Below are positions 27,729-39,078 of a DNA stretch of 64,000 nt, piece after piece (within the stretch, counting starts at the first letter, position 1; each line of letters opens with the position of its first letter). The notes under the pieces were generated by a model that did no database searches, had not been told where the DNA came from, and worked only from the letters and a program-made list of their open reading frames with translations. Made by a program: the position numbers and the translations under genes. Origin of the DNA: Thermoleophilia bacterium. Its GTDB lineage: Bacteria > Actinomycetota > Thermoleophilia > Solirubrobacterales > Solirubrobacteraceae. The stretch covers positions 7,236 through 71,235 of the forward strand of contig JBKHXR010000048.1 in assembly GCA_046565905.1 (NCBI GenBank), in the 5' to 3' direction.

Positions 27729-28862
27729 TCACACCGGCTCGCCGTCGCGGTGGTAGACCCGCGGCACGCGCGGCAGCAGCCCGCAGGTCACCTCGTAGTT
27801 GATCGTGTCCAGCCGCCGCGCGACCTCCTCGGCGCTGACGTGCTCCTCCCCGTGCGCGCCGATCACCACGGCGACGTCGCCGACGGCCGCGGCCGGCGGC
27901 GTGCCGACGTCGAGCATGATGCTGTCCATGCTGACGGTGCCGACGAGCGGCAGGCGCCGGCCGCGAACGAGGACGTCGGCGTTGTTGGTCAACGCGCGTC
28001 GCAGCCCGTCTCCGTATCCGATCGGGACGGTCGCGGTGTGGGTCGGGCGCTGGGCGACGAACCGCCGCCCGTAGCCCGCGCTCTCGCCGGGCGCGACCGG
28101 CTTGACGGCCGACACGTAGGAGCGCAGCTCGAGCGCCGGCTCCAGGTCGCGTGCCGCGGCGTCCTGGAGAAACGGATCGAGCCCGTAGATCGCGACGCCT
28201 GCGCGGACCATGTCGAAGTGCGCGCCGGCGTCACGCAGCGTGGCGGCGCTGTTGGCGGCGTGCAGGATGATCGACGGGTACTCGGCCTTGAGCGGCAGCG
28301 CCCACGCCGCGAAGCGCTCGAGCTGCTCGCCGAAGAACGCGTCCCCGCGCTCGTCGGCAGTCGCGAAGTGCGTCATCGCGCCGGCCAGGAAGACGTTCTC
28401 GGTCGCCGCGGCCGCCTCGGCGACGCGCGTCGCCGCGACCGCATCGCGCGTGCCGAGCCGCCCCATGCCGGTGTCGAGCTTGACGTGCACCGAGCCGCCG
28501 CCGCGCTCCGCGACCGCGGCGACGAACCGCTCGTCCCAGGCGACGACGTCGGCGTCGGCGTCGAGCGCGATGCCGAGCTCGTGCGCGGTCAGCGCGCCCA
28601 TCACGAGGACCGGGGCGTGGACTCCCGCCGCGCGCAGCGCTGCTGCCTCCTGCGCCGCCACGACCGCCAGCCACGTCGCGCCGCCGTTCAGCGCCGCGCG
28701 CGCGGCGGCGAGGGCGCCGTGGCCGTAGCCGTCGGCCTTCACGACGGCGCACAGCGCGCCGTCGGCGGAAAGCTCGCGCCGCATCCGGGCGACGTTGCGC
28801 TCGATCGCCGCGAGGTTGACGCGGGCGACCGCGCGCACCGCCGCGTCGTGCTGAACCGCCAT
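27729..28862 (-). CDS. alr: alanine racemase
   Basis: PLP-Lys region AVVKADGYGHG and C-terminal motifs. Start set at MAVQHDAAV, because the upstream part of the longest ORF overlaps nnr. Confidence 0.85.
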   Translation of the reverse strand: MAVQHDAAVRAVARVNLAAIERNVARMRRELSADGALCAVVKADGYGHGALAAARAALNGGATWLAVVAAQEAAALRAAGVHAPVLVMGALTAHELGIALDADADVVAWDERFVAAVAERGGGSVHVKLDTGMGRLGTRDAVAATRVAEAAAATENVFLAGAMTHFATADERGDAFFGEQLERFAAWALPLKAEYPSIILHAANSAATLRDAGAHFDMVRAGVAIYGLDPFLQDAAARDLEPALELRSYVSAVKPVAPGESAGYGRRFVAQRPTHTATVPIGYGDGLRRALTNNADVLVRGRRLPLVGTVSMDSIMLDVGTPPAAAVGDVAVVIGAHGEEHVSAEEVARRLDTINYEVTCGLLPRVPRVYHRDGEPV

Positions 28863-28872
28863 CGCGCGCAGG

Positions 28873-30399
28873 CTACTGCGCCGGCGCGCCGCGCACGGCG
28901 CGTGGCAGGGCAGCGATGACGTCGCTCGCGATGACGCCGTCGGCGCCATGCTCGCCGGCGGCGACGCAGGCCGCCGCGACATGGCGTCTGACGCCCGCGC
29001 AGGCCGCCGCGAATGGATCCAGCCGCTTGGCGAGGTAGGCGGCGATGACGCCGCTGAGCACGTCGCCCGTGCCGGCGGTCGCCAGCGCGGGCGCCGCGAG
29101 GCCGTTGACGGCCGCCCGGCCGTCGGGCAGCGCGACGATCGTGTCGTCGCCCTTCAGCACGACGACGGCGTTCGCGCGCCGCGCCGCCTCGCGCGCGCTG
29201 CGCAGCCGCGTTCGCCCGACCTCGTCGCTCGAGCTGTCGAGCAGCCGCGCGAGCTCCCCGGCATGCGGCGTCAGCACGGTCGGCGCCGCCCGCTGCGCCA
29301 GCGCGTCGAGCGAACCCGCGTGGGCGTTGAGGCCGTCGGCGTCGAGCAGCAGCGGGACGTCCGCGCGTGCGGCGATCGTGCGCAGGAACGCGAACGCCGC
29401 CTCGCTGCGGCCGGCGCCGGGGCCGAGCACGAGCGCACCGGCGCGTGACGTCAGCTCGAGCGCGGCGTCGATCCCGGCCGGCGACAGCGCGCCCCGGTCG
29501 TCGGGCAGCCCGCGCGTCATGACCTCCAGCAGCCGCGTCTCGAAGATCGGCTCGAGCGACGCCGGAACGAGCGCGGTGACGTAGCCCGCACCCGCGCGCA
29601 TCGCCGCCTCGGCGGCCAGGCACGGCGCGCCGGTCAGCCCGCGCGATCCGCCGGCGACGAGGACGTGCCCCGAGCTGAACTTCGTCGCCGACGTGCTGCG
29701 GCGCGGCACGAGCGCGTGGACGCGCTCGCTCAGCAGCCCGACGTCCGCCGTCACGGGCGCGCCGGGCGGGATCTTGATGTCGACGACGTGCAGCTCGCCG
29801 GTGTGCTGCTTGCCCGGACCGATCCAGTGGGCCGGCTTCGGCGCGGCGAACGTCACGGTCGCGCGGGCGACGACGGACGCCCGCGCCGCCTCGCCGGTGG
29901 AGGCGCTGACGCCGCTGGCGACGTCGGCCGCGACGACGACCGCGCCGGCGCTCGCGATCGCCTCGATCGCGTCCCTCGCGACGCCGCGCGGCTCGCCCTC
30001 GAAGCCGGTCCCGAAGATCGCGTCGACGACGACCGCCGCGTCGCGCAGCGCGCGCGGATCGAAGAACTCGTGCTCGCCGGCGAGCCGATCGAGGTTGACC
30101 GCCGGATCGCCGGCGTACTGCTCGGGCTCGGCGAGCAGCAGGATGCGGACCGTGCGGCCGAGCTCGCGCAGCAGCCGCCCGGCGACGAAGCCGTCGCCGC
30201 CGTTGTTGCCCTTGCCGCAGACGACCGCAACCGGCCCGCGTGGCACCGTGCGGTCGGTCAGCAGCGCGAGGCCGGCGCCCGCCCGCTCCATCAGCTCAAG
30301 CGACGGGACGCCGCGCTCCTCGATCGCCCAGCGATCGATCGCGCGCATCTGCTCGGCGCCGAAGAGCGGATCGAGCCAGTCGGGAAGCGGCGCGCTCAC
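28873..30399 (-). CDS. nnr: bifunctional NAD(P)H-hydrate epimerase / ADP-dependent dehydratase
   Basis: 508 aa with YjeF_N (GKGNNGGDG) and YjeF_C carbohydrate-kinase (TAGTGDVLSG) halves. Confidence 0.85.
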   Translation of the reverse strand: MSAPLPDWLDPLFGAEQMRAIDRWAIEERGVPSLELMERAGAGLALLTDRTVPRGPVAVVCGKGNNGGDGFVAGRLLRELGRTVRILLLAEPEQYAGDPAVNLDRLAGEHEFFDPRALRDAAVVVDAIFGTGFEGEPRGVARDAIEAIASAGAVVVAADVASGVSASTGEAARASVVARATVTFAAPKPAHWIGPGKQHTGELHVVDIKIPPGAPVTADVGLLSERVHALVPRRSTSATKFSSGHVLVAGGSRGLTGAPCLAAEAAMRAGAGYVTALVPASLEPIFETRLLEVMTRGLPDDRGALSPAGIDAALELTSRAGALVLGPGAGRSEAAFAFLRTIAARADVPLLLDADGLNAHAGSLDALAQRAAPTVLTPHAGELARLLDSSSDEVGRTRLRSAREAARRANAVVVLKGDDTIVALPDGRAAVNGLAAPALATAGTGDVLSGVIAAYLAKRLDPFAAACAGVRRHVAAACVAAGEHGADGVIASDVIAALPRAVRGAPAQ

Positions 30400-30734
30400 C
30401 GCACCATCGCGACGGCGCCGGCGGTCACCTTGGAATGCGTCATCGAGATGTCGACCTGCACCTCGAGCTCGGCCAGTGGCCCGTGCAGCGCCACCTGTGT
30501 CTGCGCGCCCTCGCCGACGACCTCGATGTCGCGGTGACTCCAGACCTCCAGGCGCAGCGCCTTCGCCACCGCCTCCTTGACGCAGAAGCGCGCTGCCAGG
30601 TGCTGGCCGGGACGCGCGTGGCGCGCCGCGTAGGCGCGCTCACCGTCGGTGAACAGCCGCAGCGCGAGCCCCGGCCGGCGCTCCAGCGCCGCCTCCATGC
30701 GCTCGATCTCCAGCAGGTCGATCCCGACGGGCAT
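30396..30734 (-). CDS. acpS: holo-[acyl-carrier-protein] synthase
   Basis: GIDLLEIERM and FCVKEAVAKAL motifs. 4-nt overlap with the nnr start. Confidence 0.8.
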   Translation of the reverse strand: MPVGIDLLEIERMEAALERRPGLALRLFTDGERAYAARHARPGQHLAARFCVKEAVAKALRLEVWSHRDIEVVGEGAQTQVALHGPLAELEVQVDISMTHSKVTAGAVAMVR

Positions 30735-30887
30735 CCGGCGATGCTCGCACAACTCCCGCGCCCCTACGGGGCGGCGCGTGATCGACGAGCGCGCGGGCGA
30801 TGCCTGGATCGGCCGGCGGGCCGGGGACGGTGCGCTGGCACGGATCGGCCTCGACCGGCCGCCCGGGCAGGCCGGGGCGCCGTCAGA

Positions 30888-32780
<1,893 letters not shown>

Positions 32781-32828
32781 GCAGAAGAGATTAGGCGAGG
32801 GGCGCGCGAACCCCTGGTCGTGGACGTT

Positions 32829-34160
32829 TCAGCGAGCTGCGGCGGCGGCCTGGGCCTCGACGATCGCGACGAGCCGCGCGCAGACGGCGTCGGTCTCCTC
32901 GGTGGTCGGCGCCTCGACCATGACGCGCACGAGCTGCTCGGTCCCCGAGGGCCGCACGAGCACGCGGCCGCGGCCCTGCAGCCCGGCCGACTCCGACGCC
33001 GTCGCGGCCGCCAGCGCCTTCGATGCCATCGCGACGTCGCGGTCGGCGACGCGCACGTTGACGAGCTTCTGGGGCAGCTTCTGCATCGCGTCGCGGTCGG
33101 CGAGGTCGCGCCCCGCCAGCGCCTCCAGCGTCAGCAGCGCCGAGGCGATCCCGTCGCCCGACGGGACGAAGCCCATGTCGATGATGTGGCCCGACTGCTC
33201 GCCGCCGAGGCTCCAGCCGCGCTCGCGCAGCTCCTCGAGCACGTAGCGGTCGCCGACGGCCGTCGTCGCGACGTGCACGCCGGCCCGCTGCATCGCGGTG
33301 TGGAAGCCGTAGTTCGTCATCACCGTCACGACGACGCCCGCTCCCGGCAGGCGATCCTCCGCGCGCAGGTGCAGCGTCGCGAGCGCGACGAGCACGTCGC
33401 CGTCGACGACGGTGCCCTCGCGATCGACCGCAAGCAGCCGGTCGCCGTCGCCGTCGAAGGCGAATCCGACGCCGTGGCCGCCGTCACGCATCGCCGCGAT
33501 GATCGCCTCCATGTGCGTCGAGCCGCAGCCGTCGTTGATGTTGCGCCCGTCGGGCGAGTCGGCGAGCACGGTGACGGTCGCGCCCAGGCGACGGAAGATC
33601 TCGGGCGCGGCGCGGTACGTCGAGCCGTTGGCGCAGTCGAGCACGACGTCGACACCGTCCAGCGACAGGTTCGCGAAGCGCTCCTGCAGCGCGCGGAGGT
33701 AGTCCTCGGTCGTGCCGTGCAGGTCGCTGATCGCGCCGATGCGACCGGGCGGCCCGGTCGGCGGCCCGGCCTCCAGCCGCCGCTCGATCGCCAGCTCGGT
33801 CGCGTCGGACAGCTTGAAGCCGTCGGCGCCGAAGAACTTGATGCCGTTGTCGGCGAACGGGTTGTGCGACGCCGAGATGACGGCCGCGAGGTCGAAGCCG
33901 TAACGGCCGATCAGCAGCGGCGCGGCGGGCGTCGGCAGGACGCCGCCGAGCAGCACGTCGCCGCCCGCCGAGGCGATCCCGGCGGCCAGTGCGGCCTCGA
34001 GCATCGGCCCTGACTCGCGGGTGTCGCGGATGACGAGCACGCGCGGGTGCTCGCCGGCGACCTCGCGCGTCGCGGCCGCGCCGAGCGCGAGCGCCAGCTC
34101 GGCTGTCAGCGCCTCACCGGCGACGCCTCGGACACCATCGGTGCCGAAGAGCTTGCGCAC
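32829..34160 (-). CDS. glmM: phosphoglucosamine mutase
   Basis: MRKLFGTDGVRG and the phospho-Ser loop ISASHNP. Confidence 0.95.
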   Translation of the reverse strand: MRKLFGTDGVRGVAGEALTAELALALGAAATREVAGEHPRVLVIRDTRESGPMLEAALAAGIASAGGDVLLGGVLPTPAAPLLIGRYGFDLAAVISASHNPFADNGIKFFGADGFKLSDATELAIERRLEAGPPTGPPGRIGAISDLHGTTEDYLRALQERFANLSLDGVDVVLDCANGSTYRAAPEIFRRLGATVTVLADSPDGRNINDGCGSTHMEAIIAAMRDGGHGVGFAFDGDGDRLLAVDREGTVVDGDVLVALATLHLRAEDRLPGAGVVVTVMTNYGFHTAMQRAGVHVATTAVGDRYVLEELRERGWSLGGEQSGHIIDMGFVPSGDGIASALLTLEALAGRDLADRDAMQKLPQKLVNVRVADRDVAMASKALAAATASESAGLQGRGRVLVRPSGTEQLVRVMVEAPTTEETDAVCARLVAIVEAQAAAAAR

Positions 34161-34185
34161 GAAGTCGTCGCGAGTCGGCGGCGCG

Positions 34186-34953
34186 CTAGCGCTTGGAGAA
34201 CTGCGGCTTCTTGCGGGCCTTCTTCAGACCGGCCTTCTTGCGTTCCTTGACGCGCGCGTCGCGCGTGAGGAAGCCGCGGCGCTTGAGCTCGCCGCGCAGG
34301 TTCGGGTCGGCCTCCAGCAGCGCGCGCGAGATCCCGTGGCGCAGCGCGCCGGCCTGGGAGCTGACGCCGCCGCCGTGCACGCGCACGATGACGTCCATCC
34401 GGTCGTCGTAGCCGACGGCCTCCAGCGGCTGGCGGATGTTGCGGCCCAGCGACGGGCGCGGGAAGAACGTGTCCAGCGGCTTGCCGTTGACCGTATAGGC
34501 GCCGTTGCCGGGCTTGAGGATCACGCGGGCGACGGCGGTCTTGCGCTTGCCGGTGGCGCGGTAGCGCGCGCCCGAGGCGAGGTCGATGACGGCGGCGACG
34601 GGCTGCTCGTCCTGGCGGTCCTCCTCGGCGGCGAGGGCCTCGGCGAGCTCGTACTCGTCCATCTCCTCGCGGGCGAGGGGATCGGCGCCCTCGGCGACGA
34701 TGTCGACCTCGAGGTCCGCGCCGGGAATGGCGGGCTTGACGCGCGGAGTGGGCTCCTCGTCGTCGTCCTCGTCGGCATCCTGCGCCGGCTCGGGCTCGGC
34801 GGAGGCCGCGGCGGCAGGCTCTTCGGCGGGGGCGGAGGCGTCGGCCGCCGGAGCGTCGGCGGCAGGCTCGTCGGGGCGGGCGGAGGCGTCGGCCTCCGGA
34901 GTGTCGGCCGCGGGCTCCTGCGCCTCGGGCGGCTCGGCGCTCTCGTCGATCAC
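34186..34953 (-). CDS. rpsI: 30S ribosomal protein S9 with a long acidic N-terminal extension (extent uncertain)
   Basis: The C-terminal 130 aa or so is canonical S9 ([10 protein letters not shown]...KKPQFSKR). The longest ORF starts at a GTG overlapping the rplM stop (GTGA) and adds about 125 aa of E/D/A/P-rich residues with high GC3. An alternative internal ATG lies at 34662. Confidence 0.8.
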   Translation of the reverse strand: MIDESAEPPEAQEPAADTPEADASARPDEPAADAPAADASAPAEEPAAAASAEPEPAQDADEDDDEEPTPRVKPAIPGADLEVDIVAEGADPLAREEMDEYELAEALAAEEDRQDEQPVAAVIDLASGARYRATGKRKTAVARVILKPGNGAYTVNGKPLDTFFPRPSLGRNIRQPLEAVGYDDRMDVIVRVHGGGVSSQAGALRHGISRALLEADPNLRGELKRRGFLTRDARVKERKKAGLKKARKKPQFSKR

Positions 34954-35384
34954 GAGGAAAGCTCCATCGGTTGCGGTTGTTGGGCCTGGTGGGGATGCTC
35001 CGGCCCGGCGTAGATCTTCAGCTTCGTCAGCTGCTTGCGGGCGAGGCGGTTGCGCGGCAGCATGCCCTTGACGGCGAGGCGCAGCACCTCCTCGGGACGG
35101 CGCTCGAGCATGTCGTTGAGCGTCCGCGTCTTCAGGCCGCCGGGGTAGCCGGAGTGGCGGTAGTACATCTTGCTCGCGCGTTTGTTGCCGGTGACCGCGA
35201 TCTTCTCGGCGTTGACGACGACGACGAAGTCGCCGGTGTCGACGTGCGGCGTGTACGTCGGCTTGCGCTTGCCGCGCAGGGCGTCGGCGATCTGGGTCGC
35301 GAGGCGTCCGAGCGTCTGCCCGGTGGCGTCGACAACGAGCCAGTTGCGCTCGCGGTCGTTGGCGTTGGCTACGTAGGTCTTCAT
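34950..35384 (-). CDS. rplM: 50S ribosomal protein L13
   Basis: [33 protein letters not shown]... is canonical L13. Confidence 0.95.
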   Translation of the reverse strand: MKTYVANANDRERNWLVVDATGQTLGRLATQIADALRGKRKPTYTPHVDTGDFVVVVNAEKIAVTGNKRASKMYYRHSGYPGGLKTRTLNDMLERRPEEVLRLAVKGMLPRNRLARKQLTKLKIYAGPEHPHQAQQPQPMELSS

Positions 35385-35485
35385 GGCGTCAAGGCGCCAC
35401 GCGGCTCTCCGCGCGGCGGCCATCAGCATAGGACATCGCAAACGGGCGTGAGATGAGGGCTCACGCTCGCGGATGCGTGCGACGC

Positions 35486-36412
35486 CTACAGCCGACAGCG
35501 CCTCCCGGCGCCGCCGAAGCCGGCGGCGAGCGCGCGCGTGTTGAAGCGAAGCGAACCGAGGTAGGTCGCCCCCGGGCTGCCGGCCGCACCCAGCGTGTCG
35601 GCGTACAGCGCGGGCCCCACCTTCGCGCCGGCCTCGCGCGCGATCGCCCGCGCCAGCCTCGGGCTGGCGTTGCCCTGCGGGAAGATCGTCGTGACGCCGG
35701 CCGCACGGATCGTGCGCGCGAGCCGGGCGACGTCGCCGGCCGATGCCTGCGCCTGCGTCGAGAGCGCCGGGATGACCGTCCCGACGACCTCGATCTCGTA
35801 GCGGTCGGCGTAGTAGCCGAGTGCGTCGTGGTCGGTGACGAGCCTGCGGTCCGCCGCGGGAAGCGCGCGCATGCAGGAGGCGATCGCGCGGTCCAGGGCG
35901 CGCAACCTCTTGATGTAGGCGCTCGCGTTGGCGCTGTACTCCTCGCGCCCGGCGGCGTCGGCGGCGATCAGCGCGTCGCGGATCCGCCCCACGGCGAGGA
36001 TCGCGTTACGCGGGTCCTGCCACCAGTGCGGGTCGACCTCGCCCGCGCCCCGGCGCGCCTTCACGGCGTCGATCAGCGTCACGGCCTCGGCGTCTGAGCC
36101 GGCGTTCTGCAGCACCCCGTCGAGCCACTCGTCCAGGTCACCGCCCGAGCGCAGGACGACGGCCGCTCCGCTGACCGCCTTGACGTCGCTCGGGCGGGGC
36201 TCGTAGTCGTGCGGGTCGGAGTTGGGCTGGAGCAGCTGGCGCACGCCGGCGCGCCGGCCGGCGACCGCGCGGGCGAGGTCGGCGACCTGCGTGGTGGTCG
36301 CGACGACGCTGGCGGCGCCCGTCACACCTCCCGTGTCGCCGTCGCCCGAGCCGCAGGCGACGAGCGCTGCGGCGGCCGCCGCCGCGGCGAGGCATGGACG
36401 CACGAGGATCAC
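35486..36412 (-). CDS. metal (Zn/Mn) ABC-transporter substrate-binding lipoprotein, ZnuA/TroA family
   Basis: Lipobox [13 protein letters not shown] and DPHWWQDP metal-site motifs. No permease or ATPase gene is adjacent. Confidence 0.8.
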   Translation of the reverse strand: MILVRPCLAAAAAAAALVACGSGDGDTGGVTGAASVVATTTQVADLARAVAGRRAGVRQLLQPNSDPHDYEPRPSDVKAVSGAAVVLRSGGDLDEWLDGVLQNAGSDAEAVTLIDAVKARRGAGEVDPHWWQDPRNAILAVGRIRDALIAADAAGREEYSANASAYIKRLRALDRAIASCMRALPAADRRLVTDHDALGYYADRYEIEVVGTVIPALSTQAQASAGDVARLARTIRAAGVTTIFPQGNASPRLARAIAREAGAKVGPALYADTLGAAGSPGATYLGSLRFNTRALAAGFGGAGRRCRL

Positions 36413-36424
36413 GTCACCACACTA

Positions 36425-36439
36425 GCAAGAATGATTCTT
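36425..36439. promoter_or_regulatory. Fur-family (Zur-like) 7-1-7 operator candidate
   Basis: Perfect palindrome CAAGAAT-G-ATTCTTG in an AT-enriched patch, 13 nt upstream of the ZnuA-like start codon. Confidence 0.5.
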
Positions 36440-36543
36440 GTTTGCGTTAGCTGAGGGACGGCTGACGCTCCCGGCGTCGTGTGGCGACTTTCTGAGCCTG
36501 AGCCTCACAAAATCGCCACACCCCCCGCTGCCCGGCCGGCAGC

Positions 36544-37500
36544 CTAGGCCGCCGACGGAACGCTGCGCGCGGGCTTCTGGCGGTCGGCGGCGCCGTTGCC
36601 GCCGACCGCGACGGAGGCCTTGGCCGTCACGAGGTGGTAGAGGATCAGCACCTGGGTGATCGCGAGCGATTCGGAGCGGTGGCCCTCGTCGCTGCCGACG
36701 GTGAAGACGCCGAGCCTCTCCGTGCGCATGTGGCGGGCGAAGTGCATCTTCTCCCAGATCGCCTCCTCGATCGCGGCGCCGCGATCGCGATCGACGGTGC
36801 CCGGGATCGTCAGGCAGCGCTCCGACGCGCGCTGCTCGAGCGTGATGCCGTCGGCGCCGTCCTCGTCGAGCATGACCGAGAGGTCGGGATGCGGCAGGCC
36901 GTCGCGCAGCGTCAGCACGGCGTCGAGGTGATCGGCGTCGGCGGCGGCGCCGGGCTGGAATGAGACGACGAGGTCCGCACGCGCCTTCTGCGGGCGGATG
37001 TGGGCCTCCGAGTCGGGCTCGCGGCGGTCGAGCTCCTCGAGCACCTGCTGCTCGGTGTAGCCGCGCTTGGTGCTGTCGCGCTTGATCTTCCACTCGCGGC
37101 GCAGCTCCTCCGGTGGCGCCAGATACACGCGCACGTCGAACTGCGAGCTCAGCTGCGACGTGTGGTAGCCGAGCAGGCCCTCGACCACGACGAACGGCTT
37201 CGGCTCGACGTACTCGGGGCGCCCGAACCTGCCGTCGCCGTGGCCGTAGACGGGCTTGAGGATCGGCTCACCACGGCGCAGGTGCCCGAGGTGCTGCTCG
37301 ATCACGTCCATGTGGTTGCACTCGGGGTCCAGCGGGGTGATCCCCCGCTGCGCGCGCTCCTCGCGGTCATAGCGGTGGTAGTCGTCCATCCCGATGTGGG
37401 TGACGTTCTCCCGCCCGAGGATCTCGACGAGTCCCTTGGTGATCGTCGTCTTCCCGGTTGCCGAGTCGCCGACGACGCCGAGGATGATCGGGCGTGCCAT
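36544..37500 (-). CDS. phosphoribulokinase (plant/cyanobacterial/archaeal-type PRK/uridine kinase family)
   Basis: P-loop GDSATGKTT, then GMDDYHRYDR, ITPLDP, KPVYGH, REWKIKRD and PQKARAD, collinear with type II PRKs by eye. Confidence 0.7.
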   Translation of the reverse strand: MARPIILGVVGDSATGKTTITKGLVEILGRENVTHIGMDDYHRYDREERAQRGITPLDPECNHMDVIEQHLGHLRRGEPILKPVYGHGDGRFGRPEYVEPKPFVVVEGLLGYHTSQLSSQFDVRVYLAPPEELRREWKIKRDSTKRGYTEQQVLEELDRREPDSEAHIRPQKARADLVVSFQPGAAADADHLDAVLTLRDGLPHPDLSVMLDEDGADGITLEQRASERCLTIPGTVDRDRGAAIEEAIWEKMHFARHMRTERLGVFTVGSDEGHRSESLAITQVLILYHLVTAKASVAVGGNGAADRQKPARSVPSAA

Positions 37501-37633
37501 GTGTCGCTCTCCCCTGTCGCCTCTGTTTCGAAGTGGCGGAACCTTAGCGGTCACGCGCCGGCGGCACCGGCTCGCCCGGCGAGCCGCGCCGACGCGGGAT
37601 CCCGCGGTCTGCGAGCGTGGCGGGAATCCTCGC

Positions 37634-39022
37634 TCAGGCCGGTCGCAGCGGGCGCCGCAGCGGCGCCGCGACCCACAGCAGCGCTGCCAGCAGCGCCGCC
37701 GTTCCGAGCAGCGCCGGGACGACGCCGATCGTCCCGATCTCGCGCACGAGGTTCGCCTGCCAGGGCGCCAGGTAGCGGCGGTAGTCCCCGCCGCGTGCGG
37801 CGCGATCGGTCGCCGCGTCGATCGAGCGCTCGGTCAGCTGCGGCAGCTCGCGGTACTGGCGCACGAGCTGCGGCCCGTCGGTTCCCGGCTGCTGGTCGAG
37901 CAGCTGCGTCCCGGCGGGCGCCAGCACCGCGGAGAACGACAGGACGAAGCCGATCCCGAACAGCGCGGCGGCGAGCCGCCGGCGGCGGGCGCTCGCGCCG
38001 ATCCACGGCGCCACCGCGACGAGCACGACGGCAACACCGGGGATCAGCAGCCGTGGCCCCCAGCTCCAGCCGCCCATCCACGACCACCACGTCGCCGCGA
38101 GCACGAACGTCGCGCCGAAGAGCGCGAGCAGCAGCGCCGTGATCGCGCGGTCGCGGCGCCACAGCGCGACGAGGGCGAGCGGGACGAGGACGATCGCCGG
38201 CGCGAACAGGACGACGGACTTCTCCGGTGAGAGGAGCAGCCCGCCGGCGCCCTCGAGCAGCGGCGTCGTGAAGCCCGGATCGGCGGGCGGGCGGTAGCCG
38301 AACTCGAGCGCGTCGCGGAAGCGGTAGACGTTGTAGGCGAGCGTCACGAGCGCCGCGACGGCCAGCGGCGGGAGCGTGCGGACGATCGCGGCGACGCCGT
38401 CGCCGCGCAGCAGCAGGTAGCCGAAGAGCAGCGGCGCGAAGGCCGCCGACTGGGGACGGGCGAGGACGGCCAGCGCCAGTGCGCCGCCGGCCTGCAGCTG
38501 CCGGCCGGCGAGCGCGCGCTCGACCATGACGACGAGGCCGAGCGCCACGAGTGGCTCGGTGAAGAAGTCGCGCCCGTAGGGCAGGACGTAGGTGCCGAGC
38601 ACCGTCCCGGCGGCGACGAGGCCGGCGGCCGCGCGCGGCGCGCCGAGCCGGCGGCCGAGGAGATAGAGCGCGCCGGCGAGGGCGCCCGCGATGAGCGGCA
38701 TGAGCGACGCTGCGGCGGCGGCCTCGACGAGCCCGACGCGACCGGTGATCGCGGCCACGGGCTGCGCCAGCGCGACCGGCACGACGGCCAGCAGCGGCAG
38801 CAGGATGCCGTACTTCGAGTAGTGCGTGACGCCGTCGTGGCCCGGCACGCCGAGCGCGGGCGGCACGGCCAGCGAACCGTCGTGGACGATCGACTGCGCG
38901 ACCGCCAGCATCGAGCTGCCGTCGAGGACCGTGACCTGCGCCTGCCCGACGAGCAGGAGAAAGAGGGCCACAGCGCCGCTCAGACGCACCGCGAGGCCGC
39001 GGTCGTCGCGCGCAGCATTCAT
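37634..39022 (-). CDS. GT-C fold (family 39/ArnT-like) integral-membrane glycosyltransferase
   Basis: 462 aa with at least 10 predicted TM helices. The N-terminal periplasmic-loop region contains SKYGILLPLL. Divergent from a GT2 gene. Confidence 0.55.
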   Translation of the reverse strand: MNAARDDRGLAVRLSGAVALFLLLVGQAQVTVLDGSSMLAVAQSIVHDGSLAVPPALGVPGHDGVTHYSKYGILLPLLAVVPVALAQPVAAITGRVGLVEAAAAASLMPLIAGALAGALYLLGRRLGAPRAAAGLVAAGTVLGTYVLPYGRDFFTEPLVALGLVVMVERALAGRQLQAGGALALAVLARPQSAAFAPLLFGYLLLRGDGVAAIVRTLPPLAVAALVTLAYNVYRFRDALEFGYRPPADPGFTTPLLEGAGGLLLSPEKSVVLFAPAIVLVPLALVALWRRDRAITALLLALFGATFVLAATWWSWMGGWSWGPRLLIPGVAVVLVAVAPWIGASARRRRLAAALFGIGFVLSFSAVLAPAGTQLLDQQPGTDGPQLVRQYRELPQLTERSIDAATDRAARGGDYRRYLAPWQANLVREIGTIGVVPALLGTAALLAALLWVAAPLRRPLRPA

Positions 39023-39078
39023 CGCGGGCGAATGTACCCAAAGCCGTCGGGCCCCGGCCCTTCCGCTTCAATGGCGCG

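Noticed and set aside
32781-32828. Possible glmS ribozyme upstream of glmS.
   Set aside because: Only 48 nt separate the glmS start from the glmM stop. That is far too short for the roughly 170-nt ribozyme, and no conserved core could be recognised.
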